Below are positions 45,790 through 55,305 of a DNA stretch of 64,000 nucleotides, in pieces; position 1 is the stretch's first letter; every line of letters begins with the position of its first letter. This DNA is from a virus: positions 62,755 to 126,754 of the IMG/VR virus record IMGVR_UViG_3300035698_007508; one strand, given 5' to 3'. The notes under the pieces were generated by a model. It saw nothing but the letters and a program-made list of their open reading frames with translations, was not told the DNA's origin and did no database searches. A program made the translations under genes and the position numbers.

Positions 45790-46850
45790 TTGCTATATCT
45801 CTTCGAAGGAGTTCTACGGCTCTCCAAGGTAACAAACGCCGTCGCCATACCATCACAGGCGTTAAAGGTGATCGACCGGAGCACGTCGTTAAACTGCCCA
45901 CCCCTCGCACGGTGTAAAACAAAGTGGATGCAATAGCGTCCGGCGCGTTTGACTACCGATACTAGTCCGTCATGACCAACTCAGACGTTAAAAGGCCTCG
46001 TCGTTTGGGCGACGTTAAACCAGGTTAGGCCCAAAGCGTCCACTGAAAAGTGGGGTCCGATTCCATCCTGGAAGGCAGGCAGGCGCGTATTGAGTTAGCT
46101 AGAAGCCCGAGGGTAGATAGCGGCCAATACGTAGCTGAGCTGTAGCTGTAGCCGTGGCGATGGGCCAAATCGGAAGTCTTGGGTACGACGTTAAATTACC
46201 TACTCTAAGCGGCACAGAGTATAAAGAGGCCGCACTACCGTCACCTGGTCACTCCTTGCGTAATTCGCAAGGGGTAAGTGGTGAGCCATAGGAATGGGCT
46301 TAAATTCCAGGCTGGGTCCGTGGCAACTCGCTCGAAAGGGCTATTGTGTGCCGGCAGCAAGGGGAAGTCTACGCCCCTTCAAGACCCCGGTTTAACCCGC
46401 GGTAAAGATAGGCTCGGCGTGGTTGGGTACGTCAACAGGGAAGAATAACCCGTCCAACTGGTGTCTGTAGCCACCTCAGTTACAGCGCGTCTGGTCCACG
46501 TGTACCAACGGACTCTCTACCAGCACGGAGTAGGATGCTGGCGTCGCTGTTAAGGTATTTGCAGCTGTGGTTATCCGGGGCACCGGGGTAACTCAACACG
46601 ACACAGGTGCCTTAACTTTACACGATGTACCGTGTTTATAGCTACTCCTAATGAATGGATAGCACATGGGTCACGCGGCGTAAGTTGTACGGCCCGGTAA
46701 GGTAGAAATGCACTACCTCTGGATAATCCCGTGGTTACGGGAAGTTGACGCCGTCGCCGGAGCCGTGTTAGGCTCTTTGGCGAAGGTAATAGGCTTTGTC
46801 GCCGAACCATTTCCGTTCGTACGCACAGGCCCAATCGGAGACTATTACAA
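45790..46850 (+). ncRNA. Candidate large structured non-coding RNA (boundaries and strand tentative)
   Basis: No credible ORF over about 1.1 kb; more than a dozen stem-loops including GAAA tetraloops; five CGTTAAA motifs. Confidence 0.5.
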
Positions 46851-47050
46851 TGAAAAGCAAGAATCCATTCCCGTACCTGAATGCCGGCGTAACCGGCTGC
46901 TGCTCCGTCGGTTTACGGCGTGAGCGTTACCCCACTTTCAAACCCCGATATCAAACAGGCAATATATTGTCACACCGCAGGAAACCGGCTCGGCCATGGC
47001 GCACCTGGAATGAGGGCGCCCGGTCGGCCAATCCGGATACATAGGAGGAC

Positions 47051-47254
47051 ATACTAGTTAATTGGATCGCGTTCGGACTCGCAACGTTGGCCGTTATAAT
47101 TCGCCTACGTAATGATCGCGTGCGTGCGGACTTGAGACACAAACTCGCACCACGCAAGACGCAACCGCAGCCGCAACCTGAACGGAACGTTCGTGATATC
47201 ACAGCAGTGGTAGAGATCGAACCCCCGCGACTGCCGGCGATTGGAATTGTGTAG
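47051..47254 (+). CDS. Putative 67-aa single-TM membrane protein with non-canonical (ATA) start
   Basis: AGGAGG at 47043-47048; frame reads ILVNWIAFGLATLAVIIRLRNDRVRADL...IGIV*; ends 6 nt before the next gene. Confidence 0.35.
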   Translation: MLVNWIAFGLATLAVIIRLRNDRVRADLRHKLAPRKTQPQPQPERNVRDITAVVEIEPPRLPAIGIV

Positions 47255-47260
47255 GCGGCT

Positions 47261-47749
47261 ATGCTAATAGAACTCATAGCTGTACTCATACTTGTGCTGA
47301 TCATTTTGGGCTCTGTAGCGAGCGGTACGTTGACCGTTTTGCTCGGAGCCATTATTTTCGCGACGATTGTACAGTTGATCTGGAAACTCCAGAGCAATTC
47401 CGCGTTGCGTCGTGAAGCAGCGGATGCGGAAGACCAACTGCAGGTCGATATCGAACTTCTGGAGGCTTGCCGGCGCGATCGTAAGATCAGCGAAAATCTG
47501 GCAGCCGAATTGGTACAGGAATTCGGACACATCCCCGATACGAGAGAGATTGGCCACGCCGTCCGGCTACGTCAGCGGAATCTGGAAGTGCTGCGTGGTA
47601 TGTTCGTACAGCAATCCGGGGCGCTGTACGGTAGTGCGATTCTCTTGGGAGTCGCTACATTTCTACAACCGCTGGCAGGCATCGGCCTGATCGGTGTCTA
47701 TGCGTTAACTCGCCTGCCGGCCATGCGTGTGCTGTTGCGCACGACATGA
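47261..47749 (+). CDS. Membrane protein
   Basis: Two hydrophobic stretches at the N-terminus and two at the C-terminus flanking a coiled region. Confidence 0.65.
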   Translation: MLIELIAVLILVLIILGSVASGTLTVLLGAIIFATIVQLIWKLQSNSALRREAADAEDQLQVDIELLEACRRDRKISENLAAELVQEFGHIPDTREIGHAVRLRQRNLEVLRGMFVQQSGALYGSAILLGVATFLQPLAGIGLIGVYALTRLPAMRVLLRTT

Positions 47750-47758
47750 CCGTACTTT

Positions 47759-47794
47759 GCCACCCCGCTCCTGCTTCGGCGGGATCGGGGTGGC
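47759..47794 (+). terminator. GC-rich UUCG hairpin, possible terminator or processing site
   Basis: gccaccccg..ctgc-ttcg-gcgg..cggggtggc; U-tract weak. Confidence 0.5.
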
Positions 47795-47839
47795 GCCTTC
47801 TCATACTTACGCTAACTTTTAACTATCAGAGGAAGAATC

Positions 47840-48733
47840 ATGTCGAAAGATCCAATCAACCGCGATCCGTACTGCGCCGTCCAACTTGCGAACGTCGAAT
47901 ACGGCGGCAAGGCTACCGACAAGTGGCTTGTCGAGATCGAAGACGAACAGGGACAGATGGTCCCCCTACCGGGCGTATCCGGTATTCACGGCGCTGGCTA
48001 TGCGCTCGTACCTAACCAGCAGATCCACGACATGGTGGGTGACGTCCTGACCCGTACCGGGCGGAAGTTTGCACCCGTGCCTAGTTTTGGTGACGGTCAT
48101 AGCAAGGCCGTGTTCTGGGATGGTGCCAAGCGCTACTCGTCCAAGTGGTACTGCGAGGACATTGCCGAGTCACTGCCGGGCGGTCACGTTATGGCTCTGG
48201 GTGTGGAAGCGGTGAACAGCTACGATGGCAGCCAGCCTGTAGGCGTGCGCTTCTTCGCCATGAGCATGCTGTGCTCCAACCAGTTCTACCTGTCCAACAT
48301 GCTGGGGAATTTCATCTTCCGGCACGTCAACAGGGAAGCCGGTATACTACTGCAGGATAACGTGGAAGACGCCTTGGCGCTGTTGCGCCAGCAGGCCGAC
48401 CGTTTCCTCCAGGTCGCGCCGGTGTTCAAGCAGCTGCAGGATACCAAGGTTGACGGCATGGCCGGCTACCTGAAGTACCGCCAGGCCCTGAACGAGGATT
48501 GCTGGAAGCGTACGCGTGACCCGGACGTACTGGACGAGCTGCATGGTTGCGGCGTCACCCGTTCCTACGGTATGCAGCAGACGGCCAGCCCCAACGACAT
48601 GTGGGGTATCCTGAACGCGTACACCGCCGTATGCACACACAGAATTGGCGGATTCAACGGCTCCGCAGCGTCTGACCGCGTGACACAGTTCACGATCGAT
48701 CAGGCCGGCATCAACGCGCCCCGAGGTATGTAA
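47840..48733 (+). CDS. DUF932-family protein
   Basis: 'YALVPNQQI', 'NSYDGS...RFFAMSMLCSN' motifs. Confidence 0.7.
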   Translation: MSKDPINRDPYCAVQLANVEYGGKATDKWLVEIEDEQGQMVPLPGVSGIHGAGYALVPNQQIHDMVGDVLTRTGRKFAPVPSFGDGHSKAVFWDGAKRYSSKWYCEDIAESLPGGHVMALGVEAVNSYDGSQPVGVRFFAMSMLCSNQFYLSNMLGNFIFRHVNREAGILLQDNVEDALALLRQQADRFLQVAPVFKQLQDTKVDGMAGYLKYRQALNEDCWKRTRDPDVLDELHGCGVTRSYGMQQTASPNDMWGILNAYTAVCTHRIGGFNGSAASDRVTQFTIDQAGINAPRGM

Positions 48734-48744
48734 GTTGTAAGGAG

Positions 48745-48766
48745 CCCGCCTGGGCAACCGGGCGGG
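48745..48766 (+). terminator. GCAA-tetraloop hairpin between genes
   Basis: cccgcctgg-gcaa-ccgggcggg; no U-tract. Confidence 0.35.
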
Positions 48767-48775
48767 TACTCTGCT

Positions 48776-49447
48776 ATGCCAGAAATGCGAGTATGCGCCG
48801 GGCCGTGTGGCCAGACCTTGCCACTAAGCCCCAAGTACTATCAGCAGCATCCTGACGGGTATTACGAGAAGCTTTGTAAGACCTGTACGGCGACACGCAG
48901 ACGCGAAAAGCGGATGAACCGTCGTACCGATGCAGCGGATGGAGACTACACCGACTGGGCATACTTCATACGGCGTTATCAACTCACTCAACGCTTTCGA
49001 GGTACACCCATATCGTCGAGGCAATTCGATTACGATATGTTGCGAGCTGTGATGTATCTGCAAGACTTTACGTGCCCTATGTCGGCGCAGCAGTTGAAGA
49101 CACCTGAGCGCGTATTCCCCGGTGATCCCGACTTTCCGGGATGGGAGAAATGGCGTGGTACCCTGACCATCGAGGAGCAGCAACGTACGCCCGTGATGGT
49201 GCGTGTGGACTGCTTTAAGGACTGGACGCAGGGTAATCTGGTGTACGTTGCGCACATGTGGGCGGAGCTATACGAACGGGCCGGCGGGTTACACGCATGC
49301 CGCGAAGAGTGCGGGCGGGCGGCGTTACTGGTAGGCGGGCGTCAACAAGAGTTCACGATACCGTCAGCTATTGCGATCGAGAACAAGGTCTGGGATATCC
49401 GGACCCAGCGCCATCGACAACTCCAACGGTGCGAAAGAGAGGTATGA
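48776..49447 (+). CDS. Hypothetical protein with N-terminal Zn finger, possibly a degenerate His-Me endonuclease
   Basis: 'CAGPCGQTLPL...CKTC' and 'CPMS...VRVDCFKDWTQGNLVYV'. Confidence 0.5.
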   Translation: MPEMRVCAGPCGQTLPLSPKYYQQHPDGYYEKLCKTCTATRRREKRMNRRTDAADGDYTDWAYFIRRYQLTQRFRGTPISSRQFDYDMLRAVMYLQDFTCPMSAQQLKTPERVFPGDPDFPGWEKWRGTLTIEEQQRTPVMVRVDCFKDWTQGNLVYVAHMWAELYERAGGLHACREECGRAALLVGGRQQEFTIPSAIAIENKVWDIRTQRHRQLQRCEREV

Positions 49448-49448
49448 A

Positions 49449-49994
49449 ATGGATGAACCGCACTTCTTCCTGTTTACGGACGGGTCGTGTGGGCGCGGCA
49501 AGGATGACCTTGGCGCGTGGGCGGCATTGGTCGTAGGGCGTAAAGAGCGCAAGCTGCTATACGGCTCGGCACACCCTACTACAGTCAGCCGCATGGAGAT
49601 GACACCCATCCTTGAGGGACTGCGCTGGATTCAAGGCGCAACCAAACGGGCCCGCGGGATTCGAGTGCGCGGTTATTCGGATTCCGAGTTCGTGGTAAAG
49701 ACCTTGGCCAGTGGTTACGACCCGTCCAAGAATCTCGACCTGTGGGCCGCCCTAGATGTGGTCAAGCAAGGGCTCAACATTGAGTACCGCTGGCGTGAGC
49801 GTAACAGTCATTTCTACATGCAACTGTGTGACGCCGTATGCTCTCGACTGCGTAAACGGGTAATTGCACAGGTTACCGAGATGCTCGGGGACTGGCGTGA
49901 GCCGGAGAAAATCATCCCGGTGCAGATATTACCTACAGAAGAAGAAGACATGATACAGAAAGGTTTGACAGATGCGTATAGTGCATTCAGCTGA
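49449..49994 (+). CDS. rnhA: Ribonuclease HI (start revised to 49449)
   Basis: 'FTDGSC', 'SRMEMTPILEGL', 'YSDSEFVV', 'NLDLW', 'CDAV'. Confidence 0.88.
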   Translation: MDEPHFFLFTDGSCGRGKDDLGAWAALVVGRKERKLLYGSAHPTTVSRMEMTPILEGLRWIQGATKRARGIRVRGYSDSEFVVKTLASGYDPSKNLDLWAALDVVKQGLNIEYRWRERNSHFYMQLCDAVCSRLRKRVIAQVTEMLGDWREPEKIIPVQILPTEEEDMIQKGLTDAYSAFS

Positions 49995-51114
49995 TTTTCA
50001 TCTCGGCTACAAGCAGTACGGCTTCGCTGACCGGCAAGCTGACTTCTTAGCTGCGGCAGCGCAAGTTTTCGACCAGGCGCTGCTATTGGGCGCAGACTAT
50101 GTCACCCTCGGTGGTGACCAGTTCCAGTCCGTACACCCACCGGCTAGCGCCGTGTTTGGACTGTACGAGACGGTACGTCAGTCCAAAGAGGCCGGTATCC
50201 AGGTGTACGGGATCGACGGTAACCACGATGCGTCAGGCACGCAGTGGCTAGAAGTTTGCGGCGTCCAGCCGTTGGAACTCTGGGCCTCAGACGGCACACC
50301 GATCGTGCAGGATCTCGTCAAAGGCGACGAGATAGTCCATGTTTTCGGACTTAACTCGGCACCGCCGACGATATTCCGCAAACGCCTGGCGGACATGGTC
50401 GCCGCGTGCAAGAAGCACAGCATGACGGTTGACATCCTGTTCATACACATGCCGCTTGCGGATATGTGGGGGATGGGCCTGGCCGACGTGTCCGCTATGG
50501 AGATCGCAACCGCGGTTAAAGACATCGGCACACGCCTGGTACTGATGGGCGATATTCACGACTACAAGGAGACTGTTATTGGCGGTGTACGTTTCATCTA
50601 CCCCGGTAGTACTGAAATGACGGCCAGCGATGAACAGCCCGCGAAGTCGTGTTCGGTGATCGACATTACACCTACCGAACTCAAGACGGCGATCCAGACG
50701 ATCCCGACGCGCCCGATGGTCGATGTGTACATCGACACCGAGCAAGCGCTGGATGATCTGATGACCGAGGTACAGCGTTCCACATCGGGCGATCGTAAGC
50801 CGATCGTCATGGTGGCATACGATCCTAAGCTCAAGGGCTTTGCCGCACGGGCAGAGTCGCTGCTGCGGGATCGAGCACTGTATAGGCTGATGCCGCGGCC
50901 CCACACGCAGGACGGTGATCTGTTTCAACAGATTGCGAATCAGGCGTTTGAACGCACGGGCGCGCTGCGCAACCTGCGGGACGTGCTCATACAGTCGTTT
51001 GACGAAGCTAGCGACGAATACAGCCTGATCCTCCAACTGTTGGAGAATCCGGATTCCGTTACGGATATCATCGTACAATATGCGAAGGCCCAAGGCCTCG
51101 ATATTGTCAACTAA
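49972..51114 (+). CDS. sbcD: SbcD/Mre11-like nuclease
   Basis: 'HSADFHLG', 'LGGDQF', 'IDGNHD', 'FIH', 'MGDIH', 'YPGS'. Confidence 0.92.
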   Translation: MRIVHSADFHLGYKQYGFADRQADFLAAAAQVFDQALLLGADYVTLGGDQFQSVHPPASAVFGLYETVRQSKEAGIQVYGIDGNHDASGTQWLEVCGVQPLELWASDGTPIVQDLVKGDEIVHVFGLNSAPPTIFRKRLADMVAACKKHSMTVDILFIHMPLADMWGMGLADVSAMEIATAVKDIGTRLVLMGDIHDYKETVIGGVRFIYPGSTEMTASDEQPAKSCSVIDITPTELKTAIQTIPTRPMVDVYIDTEQALDDLMTEVQRSTSGDRKPIVMVAYDPKLKGFAARAESLLRDRALYRLMPRPHTQDGDLFQQIANQAFERTGALRNLRDVLIQSFDEASDEYSLILQLLENPDSVTDIIVQYAKAQGLDIVN

Positions 51115-51123
51115 GGAACTATC

Positions 51124-51780
51124 ATGCCAATGGAAGCAGCACACATCTCAGGCGCGGCGGGAAATCCCGACGGTGCCAAGGCCCGTATCATATTCAAGAT
51201 CGGCGGGCAGTCCAACCAGATCCAGGCCAAGCAGGAAGAACGGGAGTTCAGTGACCCCATCGTGTTCATGAACCGATCGGCGATCTTCCCTAACCCACAG
51301 AACTTCGGCCTGAAGCTGACCGTCGTGGAGACCTCGTCACATCAGTGGCCAAAGCCTCCAAGCCCGATGAACCAGTTCTACGTCCAGCTGACCGTTGACG
51401 CGCAAGGCCCGGACATGGGACGGATCAACGAGTGGGCGCGACGCGTGAACCAGGCCATCAAGGTCTTTATGCCCAGTGCGTACGGTGCGACATCCGAGCG
51501 CGCCAAGCACTTGGAAGAGACTGGCCGCGCTAACCCCATGACACAGGGCGTGGCGAGTCCGGGACAGATACACGTTATCGGCGGCGGTGGCGAACGCGCA
51601 GCGCATTTGCGTGAGCGTGGTATCGATCAGCCGACCAAGGAAGGCGCACAGCAGCACGTACAGCGCGCACGTACGGAAGCCCAAGGGCCGCGGCCGCCCG
51701 TAGAGCCCATCCCGAACGACGTCTTGGACACACCACTACCAGGAGGGCAGGATGAAGCTAACCGCATTCCGGGCGCGTAA
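51124..51780 (+). CDS. Hypothetical protein
   Basis: 218 aa between sbcD and sbcC; AAGGA RBS. Confidence 0.6.
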   Translation: MPMEAAHISGAAGNPDGAKARIIFKIGGQSNQIQAKQEEREFSDPIVFMNRSAIFPNPQNFGLKLTVVETSSHQWPKPPSPMNQFYVQLTVDAQGPDMGRINEWARRVNQAIKVFMPSAYGATSERAKHLEETGRANPMTQGVASPGQIHVIGGGGERAAHLRERGIDQPTKEGAQQHVQRARTEAQGPRPPVEPIPNDVLDTPLPGGQDEANRIPGA

Positions 51781-53926
51781 CGTATTCCAGCACGAGCTGT
51801 TTGACCGCCAGATTGAGGGTAACCTGATCGGCATTATCGGTCCGAATGGGTCGGGCAAGTCCAACCTGCTTAAGGCCATCCAATTCACGCTGACGGGCGA
51901 GGTACCGGATAAGCGTAAGGAGCAGCTGCTCCGCTGGGGCGCCGAAGACGGCGGTGAAGCGACAGTCGAACTGATTCATGCCGGCGCCAAGGGGTCTGTT
52001 ACCCGGAGCGTGTCAGGCGGTAAAACCGGGTTCAAGTTCGGGCCCGGTGTAGATCTGACCGGCATCACCAACGTCAATGCAGGCGTGGCAGAGCATTTGG
52101 GGCTGGATCGGGACATCGCACGTACCGTATTCGTACCTCAGGCTGAGCTGGATAGCATCCTGTTCGATCAGGCGAGTAAGCGTGAACTGGCGTTTCAACG
52201 CATGTGTGGCATCGGCGAAGCCGCCAAGATCCAGAAACAACTGGGTCAAATTGTCACAACCAAGTTCCCGCCGCTCGCCGACTATGACGAGCAGATCGCG
52301 CTGGGCAGGGCCGAAATGGATCAGATGGAGCAGCGTACTGTCGCGCTGGAGTCCCAGCTGGCCGCGCTCGCCTCTCAACTGGCGCGGGTGGACGAAGAGT
52401 CCATCCGGCAGCAGCGTATACAGTACCAGGAGCTCGGGCAGGCCGCCCAGGCGGCTCTGCGTGCCTTCCAGCGCGGCGAGCAGCTCAAGAAGGCCATGCA
52501 GGGCGACCAGGAGACGTTACAGGCCATCCAGGCCAGTACACGGGGTATAGACATGGCTGCGGTGGACGGTAAGATCACCGAGGCTCAGGCTACGCTCATG
52601 TCGGCCAGGGAGTACCAGTCACGGCTCGCAACCTGGAACGAGCAGCAGAAGGCGCTGAAGGACCTTGGAGATCCGCCAGCGGCCTCTAAGGAGCTGGAGA
52701 AGCTATCTGCTGACCTTGCGACCATGCGGAACGCTGTAGGCGCGATACAGGGCAATCTTGGGCTATACAACGATCTGTTGCAGGCCATGGATAAGTCATA
52801 CCACGTTAAGGACGGCGATGCGACGTTCTGCCCGGTGTGCGGGGCTGCGATAATCGACTTCGATACCCTACGGCAGGCACTGAAGACCAAGATCGCAGGC
52901 TGCCAGGCCGCCCTGGGTAAATATGACGTGAATGGCGCAAACCAGCGCTACCAGATCCTCAACACCCAGACCACCAGCTGGTCGACGCGCCAATCGCTCT
53001 TGACGGAGCAGGAGGCTAAGTCTAAACAGCTGTTGGACGCGACGGAGCAGGTTGACGCGGATGTCAGTACGCTCCAGGCCGAGATCACCAACATGCAGCA
53101 GGTACGGTCCGAGCTGGAGCGTATGTTCCGGCAACTGGCTGAGGTACAGGCACGTTTGGAGCTCAACGGCAAGCAATGCGAGCAGGCAGCCAATGAACTG
53201 AGCGACGCAACTACCAAGATTGCACAATTCGGCGGCCAAGGCTCCGATTACGCGCAGTTGCAGCAGTCGTCGGTGCAGGGCCTGAGCCGGCTGGACCAGA
53301 CCATACAGGCTATCCAGCAGCAACGCCAGCAGCAAGCGGGCATACAGGGGCAGGTCGGTGAGCTCAAGGGCCGCATGGTTACCCTCAAAGCCAGTCTGGA
53401 TTCGCTCCAGCATCGGAGAGATCAACAAGGCACGTACAACAACGTGAGGGCAACGGTCGAAGGCGTACGGGAGTGGTTGCACTACTCCAACGGCCCCCAT
53501 GCCCTGGCGGTGTCCATCATGGACGGACTAACTGCGCACGTTAATACGTTCCTGCGGAAGCTGGATGCGCCGTTCGCGGCGCTGACGGATGACACTGACC
53601 TGTCGTACCGTTGCCCGTTCACGGATGGGCGTCCGATGCCTGTAGACGGACCACCGGATGCGGCGGAGCTATCGGGCGGGCAGAAGGTATTACTAGCCAT
53701 ATCGTTTAGACTGGCGAGCTACTGTATGTTCGCGAACAAGCAGGGCCTGCTGTGCCTAGATGAACCTTCTGCATTTCTGGACACTGATAATGTGTCTAAC
53801 TTGTGTAACCTACTTGAGAAGGTTAAGGAAGTTGCGCAAGCGATGGACCTGCAGATCTGGATTTCGACACATGAACGTGCTTTGATGCCGTTTTTCGACA
53901 CCGTGTTCGATTTTGGAGCGCACTGA
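51752..53926 (+). CDS. sbcC: SbcC/Rad50-like ATPase
   Basis: Walker A GPNGSGKS, coiled coil with CPVC zinc hook, LSGGQ signature, 'CLDEP' Walker B, 'ISTH'. Confidence 0.95.
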   Translation: MKLTAFRARNVFQHELFDRQIEGNLIGIIGPNGSGKSNLLKAIQFTLTGEVPDKRKEQLLRWGAEDGGEATVELIHAGAKGSVTRSVSGGKTGFKFGPGVDLTGITNVNAGVAEHLGLDRDIARTVFVPQAELDSILFDQASKRELAFQRMCGIGEAAKIQKQLGQIVTTKFPPLADYDEQIALGRAEMDQMEQRTVALESQLAALASQLARVDEESIRQQRIQYQELGQAAQAALRAFQRGEQLKKAMQGDQETLQAIQASTRGIDMAAVDGKITEAQATLMSAREYQSRLATWNEQQKALKDLGDPPAASKELEKLSADLATMRNAVGAIQGNLGLYNDLLQAMDKSYHVKDGDATFCPVCGAAIIDFDTLRQALKTKIAGCQAALGKYDVNGANQRYQILNTQTTSWSTRQSLLTEQEAKSKQLLDATEQVDADVSTLQAEITNMQQVRSELERMFRQLAEVQARLELNGKQCEQAANELSDATTKIAQFGGQGSDYAQLQQSSVQGLSRLDQTIQAIQQQRQQQAGIQGQVGELKGRMVTLKASLDSLQHRRDQQGTYNNVRATVEGVREWLHYSNGPHALAVSIMDGLTAHVNTFLRKLDAPFAALTDDTDLSYRCPFTDGRPMPVDGPPDAAELSGGQKVLLAISFRLASYCMFANKQGLLCLDEPSAFLDTDNVSNLCNLLEKVKEVAQAMDLQIWISTHERALMPFFDTVFDFGAH

Positions 53927-53932
53927 TAAGAA

Positions 53933-53960
53933 AGGGCGCCCTTCGGGGCGCCCTGCTTTT
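53933..53960 (+). terminator. Rho-independent terminator
   Basis: agggcgccc-ttcg-gggcgccct followed by gctttt. Confidence 0.85.
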
Positions 53961-54001
53961 ACACCATGATTTACACCGAAACACACTACACTGGAGATAC
54001 T

Positions 54002-54844
54002 ATGAGCTGGGACTTTGACTACGAGAAGGCGTGGAGTACACGTGCACGACCTATGCTGCTGGCCCTGCCGGCAGAAGTACTTGAGCTGATGCAACTTACA
54101 TCCGTAACGATGGAAGGCCAGCGCCAGAACGAGGCGCTGGGTATGGATTGGCCTGAGGATCCGACCCTGTTGGAGGCGTTCAACGCCATCGACAAGGACG
54201 TACTGTGGCGCGCACAGTCCATTGTGTACAGCTATGGGCACTGGTACTCGGGTAAGAAAGCTGAGGCTGACAAAGCCTGGCAACTGCCGGATGTACTGGT
54301 AGACCAGCATGGTGGGTACTGGAAGTTCCAGCACCTGGCCAAGCAGAACCTGATCGACCGTGAATGGTGTAGCCCGGAAGCCCCTGGGTGGGACATACCG
54401 GAACTACATGCGGATGCGCTGAAGCCCGATTGCTACACGCACACAAAGGATAGCGAGTACACGTCGGAAGAACTGAAGTACAAGTACATGAAGCTTGTGC
54501 CCGATATGGTGACCGTCCATGACGTCATCCACTGCAACTACAAGGTACAGGGCAATCCTGGCCATCCGTTCGTGATCGGGTCCCAGCACTTCCCAAAAGA
54601 CGGGGGTATGTACATCGATGTACATCAGGCTGGTTGCGCGTTCTCCGATCCAAAGCGCGGTATCCGCCATTGTGGCCTACCCTACGAGGATCACACTTCG
54701 GATCACGTGCTGGTACTCAAACTGCTACGCAATACCACGAACACCGAATTGGGCGCGGCGTGTAAGTCGTTAGGCGATCAGCTGGAAGCTGACGGCCTGG
54801 ACGGTATCGCATTCGTAGCCACCGGGTTCGAGGTGACTAAGTGA
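54002..54844 (+). CDS. Hypothetical protein (start revised to 54002)
   Basis: GGAG RBS before ATG 54002. Confidence 0.65.
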   Translation: MSWDFDYEKAWSTRARPMLLALPAEVLELMQLTSVTMEGQRQNEALGMDWPEDPTLLEAFNAIDKDVLWRAQSIVYSYGHWYSGKKAEADKAWQLPDVLVDQHGGYWKFQHLAKQNLIDREWCSPEAPGWDIPELHADALKPDCYTHTKDSEYTSEELKYKYMKLVPDMVTVHDVIHCNYKVQGNPGHPFVIGSQHFPKDGGMYIDVHQAGCAFSDPKRGIRHCGLPYEDHTSDHVLVLKLLRNTTNTELGAACKSLGDQLEADGLDGIAFVATGFEVTK

Positions 54845-55236
54845 TTGTAGTATATGTGGATGACACTAACGGGCGGGCTAGAGCCTTATCTGACGAACCC
54901 GAGTTACGCGACGAGCACATACATGTAATACGGCGCCTACGCGATGACGTATCGTCATCTATATCGGACCCAGCGGCATACATGGGCATCGAGGTGGCGC
55001 CTGATACATGGGCACACTGCGACGTACAGCAAGTAAATATCGAAATCACAGATGAGTTCAAGAGCTCGATAATGTGCGCGGTTGAAACGCACGACGACAA
55101 TGCGCTACAGGCTGTTATAGTATGCCGCGAATTAGTCGAAACGTACGACGAGGGTGAGAAGAATGGCGGGTCGGTTGAGTGGGAATCGCTTGACGCCGTA
55201 CACGCCCGCGCAGCCGGGCTAGTAAATCCAGAATAA
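54841..55236 (+). CDS. Hypothetical protein
   Basis: 131 aa, GTG start overlapping the previous stop. Confidence 0.55.
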   Translation: MIVVYVDDTNGRARALSDEPELRDEHIHVIRRLRDDVSSSISDPAAYMGIEVAPDTWAHCDVQQVNIEITDEFKSSIMCAVETHDDNALQAVIVCRELVETYDEGEKNGGSVEWESLDAVHARAAGLVNPE

Positions 55237-55239
55237 CGG

Positions 55240-55268
55240 TTGACTTCGTGCGGTCCGGGATCTATGGT
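55240..55268 (+). promoter_or_regulatory. Candidate sigma70 promoter
   Basis: TTGACT-17 nt-TATGGT directly upstream of an AAGGAG RBS. Confidence 0.6.
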
Positions 55269-55305
55269 ATCGCCTGGATCCTGGATCGAATACGAAGGAG
55301 AGACC

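Noticed and set aside
45860-46195. CRISPR array from the CGTTAAA repeats
   Set aside because: Repeats are only 7-9 nt with irregular spacing; no 23-47 nt repeat-spacer periodicity was noticed anywhere in the window.
45790-46850. Group I or II intron, RNase P, tmRNA or tRNA as the identity of the structured region
   Set aside because: No interrupted host gene (terminase C-terminus looks complete). 'GAGCCGTG' at 46760 does not form domain V; 'GAGACTA' and 'TAGTCC' are in the wrong order for P7; 'GGTCCGATTCC' at about 46055 lacks a cloverleaf; no tmRNA or RNase P termini recognised.
46850-47044. 64-aa ORF (MKSKNPFPYL...) with GGAG upstream, and the 71-aa ORF at 46708
   Set aside because: No recognisable motif, atypical composition and overlap with predicted stems. 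The 46850 ORF cannot be excluded but is not supported enough to list as a feature.
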